A stretch of 32,000 bases of DNA from Xylanibacter ruminicola 23 (GCF_000025925.1 NC_014033.1:2820001-2852000), one strand, 5' to 3'; shown: positions 1 through 9,776, counted from the first letter of the stretch. Numbers and translations are program-made. Notes: a model not told the origin generated them from the sequence alone.

Positions 1-1265
1 GTGTTGGCGGTGGTGGTGGCAATGCTGTTAACCACATGTATCGCGAAGGCATTCACGATGTTACATTCGTGCTTTGCAACACCGATAACCAGGCACTTAA
101 CGATTCGCCCGTACCCGTACATCTCCAGTTGGGTAAGGAGGGTCTTGGTGCAGGAAACAAGCCTGAGAAGGCTCGTCAGGCTGCCGAAGAGAGTATCGAC
201 GACATCCGCACCATGCTGAACGACGGCACCCGCATGGCATTCATCACCGCAGGTATGGGTGGTGGTACCGGTACTGGTGCAGCCCCTGTTATCGCCCGCG
301 TTTCTAAGGAGTTAGGTATCCTTACCGTAGGTATCGTTACTATCCCCTTCCGCTTTGAGGGCGACCGCAAGATCGACCAGGCTCTCGACGGTGTCGAGGA
401 GATGTCGAAGCATGTCGACGCCCTGCTGGTTATCAACAACGAGCGCCTGCGTGAGATTTATCCAGAGCTGTCGGTTCTCGACGCCTTTGGTAAGGCCGAC
501 GACACACTGAGCGTTGCCGCCAAGTCAATCGCCGAGATTATCACTGTTCACGGACTCATCAACCTCGACTTCAACGATGTAAAGACCGTACTGAAGGATG
601 GTGGTGTAGCTATCATGAGTACTGGTTATGGCGAGGGCGAAGGTCGTGTAAAGAAGGCTATCGAGGATGCCCTCAACTCACCGCTGCTTAACGATAACGA
701 CATCTTCAACTCTAAGAAGATTCTGCTCTCTATCTCGTTTGCAGGTTCAAAGGATGGTCAGTCATCACTCATGATGGAGGAGATGAACGATGTTAACGAC
801 TTTATGGCTAAGTTCGGCAACGACTTTGAGATTAAGTGGGGATTGGCAACCGACCTTGAGCTGGGTAAGAAGGTTAAGGTAACTATCCTGGCCACCGGTT
901 TCGGCATCGAGAATGTAGATGGTATGAACGGCCACCTGAAGAAGCACTCTCAGGAGGATATCAACCGTATTGCTGCCGAGCAGGAGAAAGCTGCCGAGCG
1001 TCAGGACCGCCGTAACCGCTACTATGGCGGTGAGGGTGCCACCAAGCGCTACAAGCGCCGTCCTAACATCTACCTGTTCCGTCCTGAGGATCTGGATAAC
1101 GACGATGTGATCTCTGCTGTTGAACAGACACCTACATACAAGCGTACCCGCGAGATTCTGGATAGCATCAACTCGCAGGCCAGCAACGTAGATGAGATTG
1201 TGAACATCGACGAGCCCAACCAGGAGCCACAGGAACCTATTCAGGGCACTATTAAGTTTATGTAA
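1..1265 (+). CDS. ftsZ: Cell division GTPase FtsZ, 5'-truncated by the window edge (frame enters at nt 3)
   Basis: Translation from nt 3 reads VGGGGGNAVNHM and runs into ORF 36..1265. It contains the tubulin/FtsZ signature GGGTGTGAAPV and the FtsZ-like stretch LVINNERL..DFNDV, followed by a long disordered C-terminal linker. Confidence 0.95.
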   Translation, partial: VGGGGGNAVNHMYREGIHDVTFVLCNTDNQALNDSPVPVHLQLGKEGLGAGNKPEKARQAAEESIDDIRTMLNDGTRMAFITAGMGGGTGTGAAPVIARVSKELGILTVGIVTIPFRFEGDRKIDQALDGVEEMSKHVDALLVINNERLREIYPELSVLDAFGKADDTLSVAAKSIAEIITVHGLINLDFNDVKTVLKDGGVAIMSTGYGEGEGRVKKAIEDALNSPLLNDNDIFNSKKILLSISFAGSKDGQSSLMMEEMNDVNDFMAKFGNDFEIKWGLATDLELGKKVKVTILATGFGIENVDGMNGHLKKHSQEDINRIAAEQEKAAERQDRRNRYYGGEGATKRYKRRPNIYLFRPEDLDNDDVISAVEQTPTYKRTREILDSINSQASNVDEIVNIDEPNQEPQEPIQGTIKFM

Positions 1266-1275
1266 ATCAGCTGCC

Positions 1276-2001
1276 TTACTGATATAAGGCTTGCAATACC
1301 TCTATCGACTTCATCTCTGGGAAATCCGGCAGATGGAGTCGATAATATTTTAGTGATACCTCCAGCAAGCGGTTGCGCTCCTGGTGTGACATGCGGAACA
1401 GATGCATGGTGGGAAAGTCCATACGCATCATCAGCTGTACTTTCTGTGCCTCTTCGGGATGCAGAAAGTCGCGATGCACAGGCGGCATTGGCATAAACAC
1501 ACTCTCGCGCAAGTCAAAATAATCGCCATCCTTGTAATCGTCAAGATTCGGATAGAAGCCTAAAAAGCGTGTCAGCCTCAACAAAAACACCAAGTGGAAG
1601 TTAGCAAAACTCGACTGCTGACCGTCCAGCCATACAATACTATTCTCCAGATACTCGTACAGCAACTCGTTACGCTGTTCCGATCGCAACGCATAATACA
1701 GGAATTCGGCTACGAATAGCGAGATGGCCAACTTGTCGGGCTCGAACGGTATCGATGCAAAGGGGGCAGCCAACCGTACATCATGCAGTTTCTGCAGCTG
1801 CTGTCTTGGACGTATATCGGTTTCTATTTCCAAAATAGTCAATGGCTGGAAAAACTGCTTCTTTACCTTACCCCTGGGTGTTTTGGGTATGCTCACAATA
1901 AACGCCTGCCTACCAAACACTTTGGTAAACATATCTACTATCAGTCGGGTTTCGCCGTATTTGATAGCATGCAGCACAATAGCCTGAGTTTTCGTCAACA
2001 T
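1276..2001 (-). CDS. recO: DNA repair protein RecO
   Basis: The N-terminus MLTKTQAIVLHAIKYGETRLIVDMFT..GRQAFIV is typical of Bacteroidales RecO, and the length fits (about 241 aa). The ORF track starts at a TTG (2010) that overlaps the putative -7 box, so the ATG at 1999..2001 is preferred. Confidence 0.85.
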   Translation of the reverse strand: MLTKTQAIVLHAIKYGETRLIVDMFTKVFGRQAFIVSIPKTPRGKVKKQFFQPLTILEIETDIRPRQQLQKLHDVRLAAPFASIPFEPDKLAISLFVAEFLYYALRSEQRNELLYEYLENSIVWLDGQQSSFANFHLVFLLRLTRFLGFYPNLDDYKDGDYFDLRESVFMPMPPVHRDFLHPEEAQKVQLMMRMDFPTMHLFRMSHQERNRLLEVSLKYYRLHLPDFPEMKSIEVLQALYQ

Positions 2002-2007
2002 ACGGTG

Positions 2008-2015
2008 CAAAGGTA
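2008..2015 (-). promoter_or_regulatory. Bacteroidota -7 promoter box (TAccTTTG on the minus strand) upstream of recO
   Basis: Plus-strand caaaggta is the reverse complement of TACCTTTG and matches the TAnnTTTG consensus. It lies 7 nt upstream of the recO ATG, implying a very short leader. Confidence 0.4.
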
Positions 2016-2078
2016 CGAAAATTATTCGTAAAATGTTATTTTTTACTAAAAAAATTTGGTAGAACCGAAAAATAGTAG

Positions 2079-2086
2079 TACCTTTG
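2079..2086 (+). promoter_or_regulatory. Bacteroidota -7 promoter box (TAccTTTG) upstream of tRNA-Glu
   Basis: TACCTTTG lies 20 nt upstream of the tRNA 5' end. A TTTG at 2055..2058 is a possible -33 element. Confidence 0.5.
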
Positions 2087-2105
2087 CACCCGCATTTTGC
2101 GCGAT

Positions 2106-2177
2106 GGTCCCTTCGTCTATCGGTTAGGACGAGAGATTTTCATTCTCTAAAGAGGAGTTCGACTCTCCTAGGGACTA
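2106..2177 (+). tRNA. tRNA-Glu (anticodon UUC)
   Basis: Folded by hand into a cloverleaf. Acceptor stem GGTCCCT/AGGGACT (G1:U72 wobble). D stem GTCT/GGAC. Anticodon stem AGAGA/TCTCT with loop TTTTCAT (anticodon TTC at 2139..2141). 4-nt variable loop. T stem AGGAG/CTCCT with loop TTCGACT. Discriminator A. No encoded CCA. Confidence 0.9.
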
Positions 2178-2331
2178 CAAAATTTAAATCTGTCATCTGC
2201 ACAGCCATGTGCTACCAGCCTTCAAGGATGGGATAAGGTGGCGGAGGGTTCGTAAGAACCCGCCCAGGGCAGCCTTAACGACGTAAGACCCATAAGCTTT
2301 ATATTAACAATTTAAATTTCATTCAAAAAAC

Positions 2332-2586
2332 ATGGCAAATCACAAGTCATCAGTGAAGAGAATCCGTCAGGAGAAGAAAAGAGCACTTCACAATCACTAC
2401 TACGCAAAGACAATGCGTAACGCAGTTCGCAAGCTCCGTGCTACAACAAACAAGGAAGAGGCTGTAGCTCTGTTCCCAAAGGTACAGAAGATGCTGGACA
2501 AGCTGGCTAAGACCAACGTAATCCACAAGAACAAGGCCGCAAACCTGAAGTCAAGCCTTGCACTGCACGTTAACAAGCTGGGATAA
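2332..2586 (+). CDS. rpsT: 30S ribosomal protein S20
   Basis: 84-aa basic protein [40 protein letters not shown], the characteristic S20 sequence. Confidence 0.95.
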   Translation: MANHKSSVKRIRQEKKRALHNHYYAKTMRNAVRKLRATTNKEEAVALFPKVQKMLDKLAKTNVIHKNKAANLKSSLALHVNKLG

Positions 2587-2607
2587 TATTTACCCAACAA
2601 TAAGTAC

Positions 2608-2645
2608 AAGCCGTAGCCCCAAGAGGGTTGCGGCTTTCTTTTTTC
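2608..2645 (+). terminator. Rho-independent terminator of rpsT
   Basis: Hairpin AAGCCGTAGCC / GGTTGCGGCTT (two G:U wobbles), followed by TTTCTTTTTT. Confidence 0.7.
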
Positions 2646-2688
2646 AGTTTTTTAGCAGATAAACTACGTTTATCTGAACTTTTTTTTG

Positions 2689-2696
2689 TACCTTTG
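2689..2696 (+). promoter_or_regulatory. Bacteroidota -7 promoter box (TAccTTTG) upstream of gyrB
   Basis: TACCTTTG lies 50 nt upstream of the gyrB ATG and is preceded by a T-rich tract. Confidence 0.5.
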
Positions 2697-2745
2697 CAAC
2701 CAAAATGGTAAATTTCGAGAATCGAAAAATTGAAGAATTAAAATA

Positions 2746-4722
2746 ATGACAGAAGAACAACTGAACCAAGAACAAAACTACTCCGCGAGTAACATTCAGG
2801 TACTCGAGGGTTTGGAAGCTGTACGTAAGCGTCCTGCTATGTACATTGGCGACATCAGTGAGAAGGGTCTCCACCATCTGGTAAACGAAACCGTTGATAA
2901 CTCTATCGACGAGGCCATGGCTGGCTACTGTACCCACATCGAGGTAACCATCAACGAGGATAACTCAATCACCGTTCAGGACAACGGTCGTGGTATCCCA
3001 GTAGATGAGCACGAGAAGATGCACAAGAGCGCCCTCGAGGTGGTTATGACAGTACTCCACGCTGGTGGTAAGTTCGATAAGGGCTCATACAAGGTATCAG
3101 GTGGTCTGCATGGTGTAGGTGTAAGCTGTGTAAACGCGCTCTCTACCCACATGATGTCGCAGGTATTCCGTAACGGTCACATCTACCAGCAGGAGTACGA
3201 GAAGGGTAAGCCCCTCTACGACGTAAAGATTGTAGGCGACACCGACAAGACCGGTACCCGCCAGCAGTTCTGGCCCGACGGCAGCATTTTCACTACTACC
3301 GAATACAAGTACGACATCATCGCTAAGCGTATGCGCGAGCTGGCTTATCTTAATGCCGGTATCACCATCACTCTTACCGACTTGCGTCCTGATGAGGAGG
3401 GCAACCTCCGTCAGCCCGAGGTATTCCACGCCAAGGAGGGACTCAAGGAGTTCGTTCGCTACGTCGATCGTCACCGCACCTCAATCATCGGCGATCCTAT
3501 CTGCCTGAAGACAGAGAAAGATGGTGTGCCCATCGAGGTAGCCCTGCTGTACAACAGCGATTATTCAGAGAACATCCACTCTTACGTTAACAATATCAAC
3601 ACCATCGAGGGTGGTACCCACCTTACTGGTTTCCGCATCGCCCTGGCCCGCACACTTAAGAAGTATGCCGACGAGGACGATCAGCTGCGCAAGCAGATTG
3701 AGAAGGCCAAGATCGAGGTAGCCCAGGACGACTTCCGCGAAGGTCTTACCGCTATCATCTCTGTTAAGGTTGCCGAACCTCAGTTCGAGGGTCAGACCAA
3801 GACCAAGCTTGGTAACAGCGAGGTGAACGGTGCCGTACAGAAGGCTGTAGGCGAGGCTATGACCAACTACCTGGAGGAGAACCCCAAAGAGGCTCATACC
3901 ATCTGCGAGAAGGTTATTCTGGCCGCTACAGCACGTATTGCAGCCCGCAAGGCCCGCGAGAGTGTACAGCGTAAGAATCCTATGACTGGTGGTGGTCTGC
4001 CTGGTAAGCTGGCCGACTGCTCAAACAAGGATCCTAAGGAGTGTGAGATCTTCCTCGTCGAGGGTGACTCGGCCGGTGGATCTGCTAAGCAGGGTCGCGA
4101 CCGTCACTTCCAGGCCATCCTGCCTCTGCGTGGTAAGATTCTGAATGTAGAAAAAGTACAGTGGCACCGTGTGTTCGAGGCCGAATCGGTTATGAACATT
4201 ATCCAGAGTATTGGTGTACGCTTCGGCGTTGACGGCGAGGACTCTAAGGATGCAAATATCGATAAGCTGCGTTACGATAAGATTATCATCATGACCGACG
4301 CCGACGTCGATGGTTCTCACATCGACACACTGATAATGACACTCTTCTATCGCTTTATGCCACAGGTTATCCAGGGCGGTCACCTTTACATCGCCACCCC
4401 ACCACTCTACAAGTGTACTTACAAGAAGACTTCTGAGTACTGCTACACCGAGCAGCAGCGCCAGGCATTCATCGATAAGTATGTAGCTGGTAACGGCGAC
4501 GACAAGGGCTTGCACACCCAGCGTTACAAAGGTCTTGGTGAGATGAACCCAGAGCAGCTTTGGGAGACTACCATGAACCCAGAGAACCGCTTGCTCAAGC
4601 AGGTTACCATCGAGAATGCTGCCGAGGCCGACGAGATCTTCTCAATGCTGATGGGCGACGACGTAGAACCACGCCGCGAGTTCATCGAGAAGAACGCCAC
4701 ATACGCCAATATCGACGCATAA
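2746..4722 (+). CDS. gyrB: DNA gyrase subunit B
   Basis: 658 aa. Contains YSASNIQVLEGLEAVRKRPAMYIGD, GLHHLVNETVDNSIDEA, the GHKL ATPase region, the Toprim motif EIFLVEGDSAGGSAKQGRDR, IMTDADVDGSHI, and the C-terminal RYKGLGEM. Confidence 0.97.
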   Translation: MTEEQLNQEQNYSASNIQVLEGLEAVRKRPAMYIGDISEKGLHHLVNETVDNSIDEAMAGYCTHIEVTINEDNSITVQDNGRGIPVDEHEKMHKSALEVVMTVLHAGGKFDKGSYKVSGGLHGVGVSCVNALSTHMMSQVFRNGHIYQQEYEKGKPLYDVKIVGDTDKTGTRQQFWPDGSIFTTTEYKYDIIAKRMRELAYLNAGITITLTDLRPDEEGNLRQPEVFHAKEGLKEFVRYVDRHRTSIIGDPICLKTEKDGVPIEVALLYNSDYSENIHSYVNNINTIEGGTHLTGFRIALARTLKKYADEDDQLRKQIEKAKIEVAQDDFREGLTAIISVKVAEPQFEGQTKTKLGNSEVNGAVQKAVGEAMTNYLEENPKEAHTICEKVILAATARIAARKARESVQRKNPMTGGGLPGKLADCSNKDPKECEIFLVEGDSAGGSAKQGRDRHFQAILPLRGKILNVEKVQWHRVFEAESVMNIIQSIGVRFGVDGEDSKDANIDKLRYDKIIIMTDADVDGSHIDTLIMTLFYRFMPQVIQGGHLYIATPPLYKCTYKKTSEYCYTEQQRQAFIDKYVAGNGDDKGLHTQRYKGLGEMNPEQLWETTMNPENRLLKQVTIENAAEADEIFSMLMGDDVEPRREFIEKNATYANIDA

Positions 4723-4742
4723 AAATACGTCAGACACAATAG

Positions 4743-4825
4743 CAAAACAACTTGTTTTGTAGCGTAAAAGATAGTCTTTTACTATTTAAGTAGCTATCTC
4801 TTACAAAGCAAAACAAGTTGTTTTG
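4743..4825. terminator. Long imperfect palindrome, a likely bidirectional terminator between convergent gyrB and the TPR gene
   Basis: CAAAACAACTTGTTTTG (4743..4759) and its exact reverse complement CAAAACAAGTTGTTTTG (4809..4825). The arms extend imperfectly (GTAAAAGATAG vs GTAAGAGATAG). A T-run follows on the plus strand. Confidence 0.55.
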
Positions 4826-4932
4826 TTTTTATACATGTATCATATTAGAAGTGATACTTCCACTAAAAACATCACCACATCTATCATTCTGTATTTCAAT
4901 ACATTATACCCAAAAGTGATACTTTACGTATT

Positions 4933-5919
4933 CTACCACATCATCATGCGGAGGGTGCGCTGGGCAGCGGAGCGCATATCCTTTATCTTGTCGTTGTACT
5001 CTTTGTTTTCGGTAGCTTCCAGGAATCGGTTGAAATAATCTTTAGCCTTGTCGCGTTGCTTTAGTTGGAAGTAACACTGTCCCATCAGGTAGGTGAGCTC
5101 GTTTACATCTTTCTCCTCGGCATAACGCATACACTCCTGCAACTCCTCCAAACGGAAATCGGGTTCTGACTTTAGTTTAAAAGCCTCGGCCAATTCCTTG
5201 TGCAAACGGAATAAGGTCTGACGATCGGGCATCAGTAGCTTTTTAGCCTCATCGAGATACGACAAAGCCTCGGCTCCAAGGCCAACCCTGTTGCTGACAA
5301 TACCCAACATAAACAGGCAATAGGGATGATGGTCGTTCTTATCATAAGCGCGATACAGATAATCATAAGCTGTAGAGTTATCGCCCATGCGCTGATAAGT
5401 TAAGCCTAAGGTATAGAGCGTACCAAAACAGGTATCGCCAACAGCTTCGAGTTTCTTCAGCTCCTGTATGGCAAGGTCGTAATTACCTATGTTATAATAG
5501 GCCTCGGCCAATTGACGGTTAACCAGAATATGAGTAGAATCGTGCTCAACGTACTTCTTGCAGATGTCGATAACCTTCAAAGGGAAAGTCTTGCGCCCCA
5601 TATCGCCCTGCCAACCATTGTTCAGTCTTGGCGTATAATCTACAATCAACTGTGCATCGTAAGGATTGCTTTTCAGCATCTCATCAGCCCAATAAGCCAA
5701 GGAATCGTTCTGGCCAAGCTGAGCAAAATTGCTGTAGTAAAGGTGCATATCATCTGCGTTTAGGCTATCAGTAGGAATCTGTCGCAGACAATTGATACTC
5801 TTGTTGAAGTAGCCTCGTGATGCCAAACGGACGGCATCAGCACGAAGAGTTGTTGGCGTTTGTGCAAAGGCAGACAGGCCAATGAATACGGCAAGAATTA
5901 CGAGTGATATCTTTTTCAT
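4933..5919 (-). CDS. Secreted tetratricopeptide-repeat protein, last gene of the GLPGLI/OMP operon
   Basis: Signal peptide MKKISLVILAVFIGLSAFAQ. Repeated TPR-like A..YY..G.Y..A modules. The ATG overlaps the upstream stop (ATGA at 5916..5919). Confidence 0.75.
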   Translation of the reverse strand: MKKISLVILAVFIGLSAFAQTPTTLRADAVRLASRGYFNKSINCLRQIPTDSLNADDMHLYYSNFAQLGQNDSLAYWADEMLKSNPYDAQLIVDYTPRLNNGWQGDMGRKTFPLKVIDICKKYVEHDSTHILVNRQLAEAYYNIGNYDLAIQELKKLEAVGDTCFGTLYTLGLTYQRMGDNSTAYDYLYRAYDKNDHHPYCLFMLGIVSNRVGLGAEALSYLDEAKKLLMPDRQTLFRLHKELAEAFKLKSEPDFRLEELQECMRYAEEKDVNELTYLMGQCYFQLKQRDKAKDYFNRFLEATENKEYNDKIKDMRSAAQRTLRMMMW

Positions 5920-7226
5920 TGTTGTTTCTCTTTTTCTAATAATATTTTAAGTTTATCGATAGCCAGCGTGATGCTGATATTCTTAGCGATGATACGACCA
6001 GAACGGTCAACCAGATAGTTATGGGGAATGGTTTGGATATCGAGAGCTTGATACTCGGGATACATTACTCTCTTCTTATCATCGTAGGCATAATAATTGT
6101 AAATCTTGTAGGGGCGATCGGTTTGGGTGGCATCTTTGTTGCGCAGATCTTTCTCCTTTACGGTGCTCCACCACTGTTTGCGATTCTCGTCTATACCTAT
6201 CAGACACACAGCCAAGTCATCGCTAAACTCCTGTGCAGCATAGCGGATATTGGGCATCTGAGCCATGCAAGGCTGGCACCACGATGCCCAGAAATCTACC
6301 AAAACGTATTTCCCACGAAATTCATTAACGTTAGGCTTCGCTCCGTTATAAAGGCGCAAGTTCATGTAGTCGCCTACCTTCAAAGGCCTTACTTTTACTT
6401 TATCTTCTTTCTGGAATCGCTCACTATACGTTCGTAATTGCATACCAGCCCATATCTCAAAACTCTGTGCCGACATATATGTCCCCATCGTGCTATCGTT
6501 TACAAAGGCTTTCATAGGTGAATAATCAGGGAATCGCACTAACAGCGAGTTCATCATATCGTCAACCTCCTTCTCGGTATAAGGATAAAGCGTTGGATTC
6601 CTGCGGAAAGAGTAGAATACATCACTTGCAGCTTCAATCACACTATATGGACTTTTTCCTGTACAGGCATAATCAAGGATATAGCGTTCAAGTTTATCTT
6701 TCTCCTGCTTCGCTATAGCGCGGATAGAATCACACTGGGCGTCGGAAAGGTTATAGAGCTGCGACATGTTATTCTGATTGAGATATACCTGACGAAGACT
6801 ATCGTACCTACATTGATAATGCACCATTTCGAGTGTTGATGGTGAGCCCTGCACCTTATCGATATAGCGCAAACGGAAACCGTCGTCTTCATCGCCGATA
6901 TGAATCGTTAAGCTGTCGCCACCCTTTACTACGATGGGCACACACTGCGGCCCGCGCCGTTGAAGCATCAGGTTTACGTTATACTCATAAGGCACATAGC
7001 CGTGCATGGTGCCCTCGCGATGCAACGAGTCGAAACTGATAGAGTCGTGCAGTTGCATCTCGCGTTCAATCATCGAGTACATATACATTTTTTGTGGTTC
7101 GCTGGCGATGGCCGAATCAATCTTCACCGTTACCGCAAACCTATTCTCAGGCACTCCCACCCACTTCTGGGCCGATGCGCCTGAAACACTTAATGCCATT
7201 AATGTTACTAATACAATCTGTTTCAT
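5916..7226 (-). CDS. TlpA/ResA-like thiol-disulfide oxidoreductase (thioredoxin fold) with an N-terminal extension domain
   Basis: Signal peptide MKQIVLVTLMALSVSGASAQ. C-terminal GKYVLVDFWASWCQPCMAQMP carries the WCxxC redox motif typical of the periplasmic TlpA/AhpC-TSA family. Confidence 0.8.
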   Translation of the reverse strand: MKQIVLVTLMALSVSGASAQKWVGVPENRFAVTVKIDSAIASEPQKMYMYSMIEREMQLHDSISFDSLHREGTMHGYVPYEYNVNLMLQRRGPQCVPIVVKGGDSLTIHIGDEDDGFRLRYIDKVQGSPSTLEMVHYQCRYDSLRQVYLNQNNMSQLYNLSDAQCDSIRAIAKQEKDKLERYILDYACTGKSPYSVIEAASDVFYSFRRNPTLYPYTEKEVDDMMNSLLVRFPDYSPMKAFVNDSTMGTYMSAQSFEIWAGMQLRTYSERFQKEDKVKVRPLKVGDYMNLRLYNGAKPNVNEFRGKYVLVDFWASWCQPCMAQMPNIRYAAQEFSDDLAVCLIGIDENRKQWWSTVKEKDLRNKDATQTDRPYKIYNYYAYDDKKRVMYPEYQALDIQTIPHNYLVDRSGRIIAKNISITLAIDKLKILLEKEKQQ

Positions 7227-7237
7227 ACTACGCTTTG

Positions 7238-7245
7238 CAAAAATA
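7238..7245 (-). promoter_or_regulatory. Possible internal -7 box (TAttTTTG on the minus strand) ahead of the TlpA-like gene
   Basis: Plus-strand caaaaata is the reverse complement of TATTTTTG. It lies 12 nt upstream of the ATG at 7226, in the 51-nt gap after the OMP gene. Confidence 0.3.
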
Positions 7246-7277
7246 ATGATTTCTATTGATACAACAAAATATTATTA

Positions 7278-9776
7278 CTACAAATTAAAGAATACTCTTG
7301 CCAGGAAATCGCGAGGGCGGAGTTGGTTGTTTACCACTATGTCGGTATAGCTGGTGGTATAGTGGCGATGGTAGTTGCGGGTGTTCAGGATGTTTGAACA
7401 TTGTACACCAGCCTCGAAGGTCTTGGTGCGATACGATATAGACAGGTCGCTGAGATAGTTGGTAGAAACAGAATTGTCATTGCTATGATATAGCTCATTC
7501 GCCCACTCTATCTGCCAATTACCTGGCAACAGGAACACCTTAAGTTGGTGGTTAAACGACTGCAGCGATCGCGTCATCGACTGACGGCTATAGCGATAGG
7601 CTGATTCTTCTTCGATAGACAACCAACGGGTGGGTTTCATCGAGAATCGCAGAGTGGCTCTACCATTGCGGGCATGCTGGCGACTCAGCACATTGCTAAT
7701 CAGCAAATCATAGCTGCTCCACGAGTAGCTGCCACTCATCGAAACACTAAGCTTTGCCCAAAAGATTGACTTGCCCAGATTACCCGACACGCTGTAGTAC
7801 TCATTGTTTTGGCGATAATCGGTAGCCTGACGGGTATAGACGTTGCCCACCAATCTACTCTGGTAGATAATGGCATCGCGAGTATTGTTGTAGCTCGAAC
7901 TGATTGCACCAAACATACCCGTCATCACATTGCGATAGTTCAATCCGATACCAGCCGAATGGCCTGTGGTGTGCTCAAACTCCCCAGAACCCTGTTGGCA
8001 ATAAAGATAGTTGGTATAATAGGGCATGCGGGTGATAGTGGCGATATCGCTGGGTGTCCATCGGTAACTGTAGTTGCCGCTGATATCGAGTTTCGAGGTG
8101 ATGCTGTAGCGGACAAAGAGATGAGGCACTATCAGGGGCGTTTGACTACGCTGCTCCTGATACTGGCGCAACAGCCAACTAACACGTCCGTTAAGGTTGA
8201 TGCTCCAAGACCCCTCACGATAGCTGAACGAAGGCTCAACATAGGGCTGATACTCGCTATAGCGATCGCGACTACTCAATGTAAGCCATTGGTTCTTGGT
8301 TTCGAAACCAGCCTTCCAGGTGGCTTTTACCTGCTTGATACTGTGCTGATAGTAGGCATATACGTTCCAATAAAGCATCTGCTGGGTAAGGTGCTGGGTA
8401 GTATCGCCAAGCAACAGCAGCTTGCCAGGCAGATAACTATAGCTGAACAGCGAGGCTATCGAATAGCTCTTGCCGTTCTTAAGTTTGTTTATCAGCTCCA
8501 GATTATCCACGATGTAACGTTTGCGAGGCTCCACCCGTTGAGGTGTTGGCATACCGTTTAACATCGATAGTCCTTCACTCTTATTGAAATCGATATAGCC
8601 CTTCAGCGTGTTCGACAGATAGTGATTATCGCGATTGGCCTTGTAGAGCAGTTCGGCCTGCCACTCGCTGCGTGTGCTGTGCGCCGATTGCTCCTCGGTA
8701 ATCAGGGCCGAGTCGGCATCCAGATAGATGGTCTGGCGACCCTGTTGCTGCCTACTGCGGTCGTATAGGCCTGTCAGCTGCAGCTTCAGGTCGTCATCTT
8801 TCTTATTCTTAAACAGCCAGTTGGTTGCGGCGATATAGGTATCGTTGAACTTGCTGCGACGCGCTTCAAGACTGGGTGCACCAAGACTGATATTGCTAAG
8901 TATGGCCGACTCTGTGGGGGCCGATTTCTCGAATCGCGACAGGTCTGTTACTTCATGCTCGATATCCTTACCTGTATTGTTAGCTTTCACCATTGATATA
9001 CTCTGCTTTTTGCGACCAAACACCATCTCCAGCCATCGTGCATCGCGCAACCAATCATCCCCATAACCAGTAGCCATATCCACCACGCCTTGCCACACGT
9101 TCTTGGCATCATCCTTCAGCACCAGATTGAGTGCAGCCTGCTCTGAGAATTGAACATTCTTTAGAGCTTTTACGGGTTGATGGTTCTCGTAAACCTGCAC
9201 GCTTTTTACCTTATCGGCCGAGAGGTTCTCGCTGGCCATTGCATACTTGCCACCCAGCAAGTCCATCCCTTCGATATAGAACTTGTTGATTGTCTTGCCC
9301 TGATATTTGATGGAACCATTAGGCTGTACTTCAAGTCCTGGCATTTTAGCGATGACGTCAGCTATCGAGCGATCTTGTTTCTGTTTGAATCCAGCAACAG
9401 AGTAAGTCAGCGTATCGCCTTCGGCACGTATCCGTTGTGGCGTTACTTTCACCTCTTTCAGGGCTACAGCCTGTTCCTGCATCTTGATAGTCTGTCCGTT
9501 CTTATAATCCTTGAGTGGTATTACTACCTTACCAAAACCCATCATCATTACCTCTATACTCTTGGCCTCTTTGCCTTGTGGAATGATGAGCGAGAAGCGT
9601 CCATCCTGCCCAGCACGAGCAAAGGCCACCACTGAACCGCCGTTGGTTTTGGCCACGACGGAGGCTGACACAAGTGGTTGCCCACCCTTGTCAGTCACCC
9701 GCCCGGCGTATGTCTGCGCTTTAATAAAAAGAGAGACGAACATTAATTTAAATAAAATTAGCAGCAGACGTTTCAT
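7278..9776 (-). CDS. Outer-membrane beta-barrel protein: CarboxypepD_reg-like domain, plug-like domain, TonB-dependent-receptor-like barrel
   Basis: Signal peptide, then YAGRVTDKGGQPLVSASVV..DGRFSL (carboxypeptidase regulatory-like fold). Plug-like region DTLTYSV..IADVIAKMPGLEV..IKYQGK..FYIEGMDL. The remainder is long, rich in Y/S/N and has alternating beta-strand character. This protein type is the usual neighbour of GLPGLI genes. Confidence 0.8.
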   Translation of the reverse strand: MKRLLLILFKLMFVSLFIKAQTYAGRVTDKGGQPLVSASVVAKTNGGSVVAFARAGQDGRFSLIIPQGKEAKSIEVMMMGFGKVVIPLKDYKNGQTIKMQEQAVALKEVKVTPQRIRAEGDTLTYSVAGFKQKQDRSIADVIAKMPGLEVQPNGSIKYQGKTINKFYIEGMDLLGGKYAMASENLSADKVKSVQVYENHQPVKALKNVQFSEQAALNLVLKDDAKNVWQGVVDMATGYGDDWLRDARWLEMVFGRKKQSISMVKANNTGKDIEHEVTDLSRFEKSAPTESAILSNISLGAPSLEARRSKFNDTYIAATNWLFKNKKDDDLKLQLTGLYDRSRQQQGRQTIYLDADSALITEEQSAHSTRSEWQAELLYKANRDNHYLSNTLKGYIDFNKSEGLSMLNGMPTPQRVEPRKRYIVDNLELINKLKNGKSYSIASLFSYSYLPGKLLLLGDTTQHLTQQMLYWNVYAYYQHSIKQVKATWKAGFETKNQWLTLSSRDRYSEYQPYVEPSFSYREGSWSINLNGRVSWLLRQYQEQRSQTPLIVPHLFVRYSITSKLDISGNYSYRWTPSDIATITRMPYYTNYLYCQQGSGEFEHTTGHSAGIGLNYRNVMTGMFGAISSSYNNTRDAIIYQSRLVGNVYTRQATDYRQNNEYYSVSGNLGKSIFWAKLSVSMSGSYSWSSYDLLISNVLSRQHARNGRATLRFSMKPTRWLSIEEESAYRYSRQSMTRSLQSFNHQLKVFLLPGNWQIEWANELYHSNDNSVSTNYLSDLSISYRTKTFEAGVQCSNILNTRNYHRHYTTSYTDIVVNNQLRPRDFLARVFFNL

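Noticed and set aside
2190-2300. Possible SRP (4.5S/ffs) RNA between tRNA-Glu and rpsT
   Set aside because: It has a GNRA tetraloop and a GGCAGCC string. However, the helix next to the loop is 6 bp with a 5'-side bulge, rather than the short stem plus symmetric AGG/AGCA loop of SRP domain IV. The 5' and 3' ends also do not pair into the expected long hairpin. It is kept only as an unassigned structured element.
4823-5038. 71-aa plus-strand ORF after gyrB (likewise 25937..26128 and 26082..26318)
   Set aside because: These ORFs are AT-rich and start within or after terminators. They overlap the 3' ends of convergent, well-supported minus-strand genes and have no promoter boxes.
7809-8561. 250-aa plus-strand ORF (likewise 20273..21031 on the minus strand, 252 aa)
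   Set aside because: They are antisense to the OMP gene and the GH95 gene respectively. They have no motifs and are shadow ORFs.
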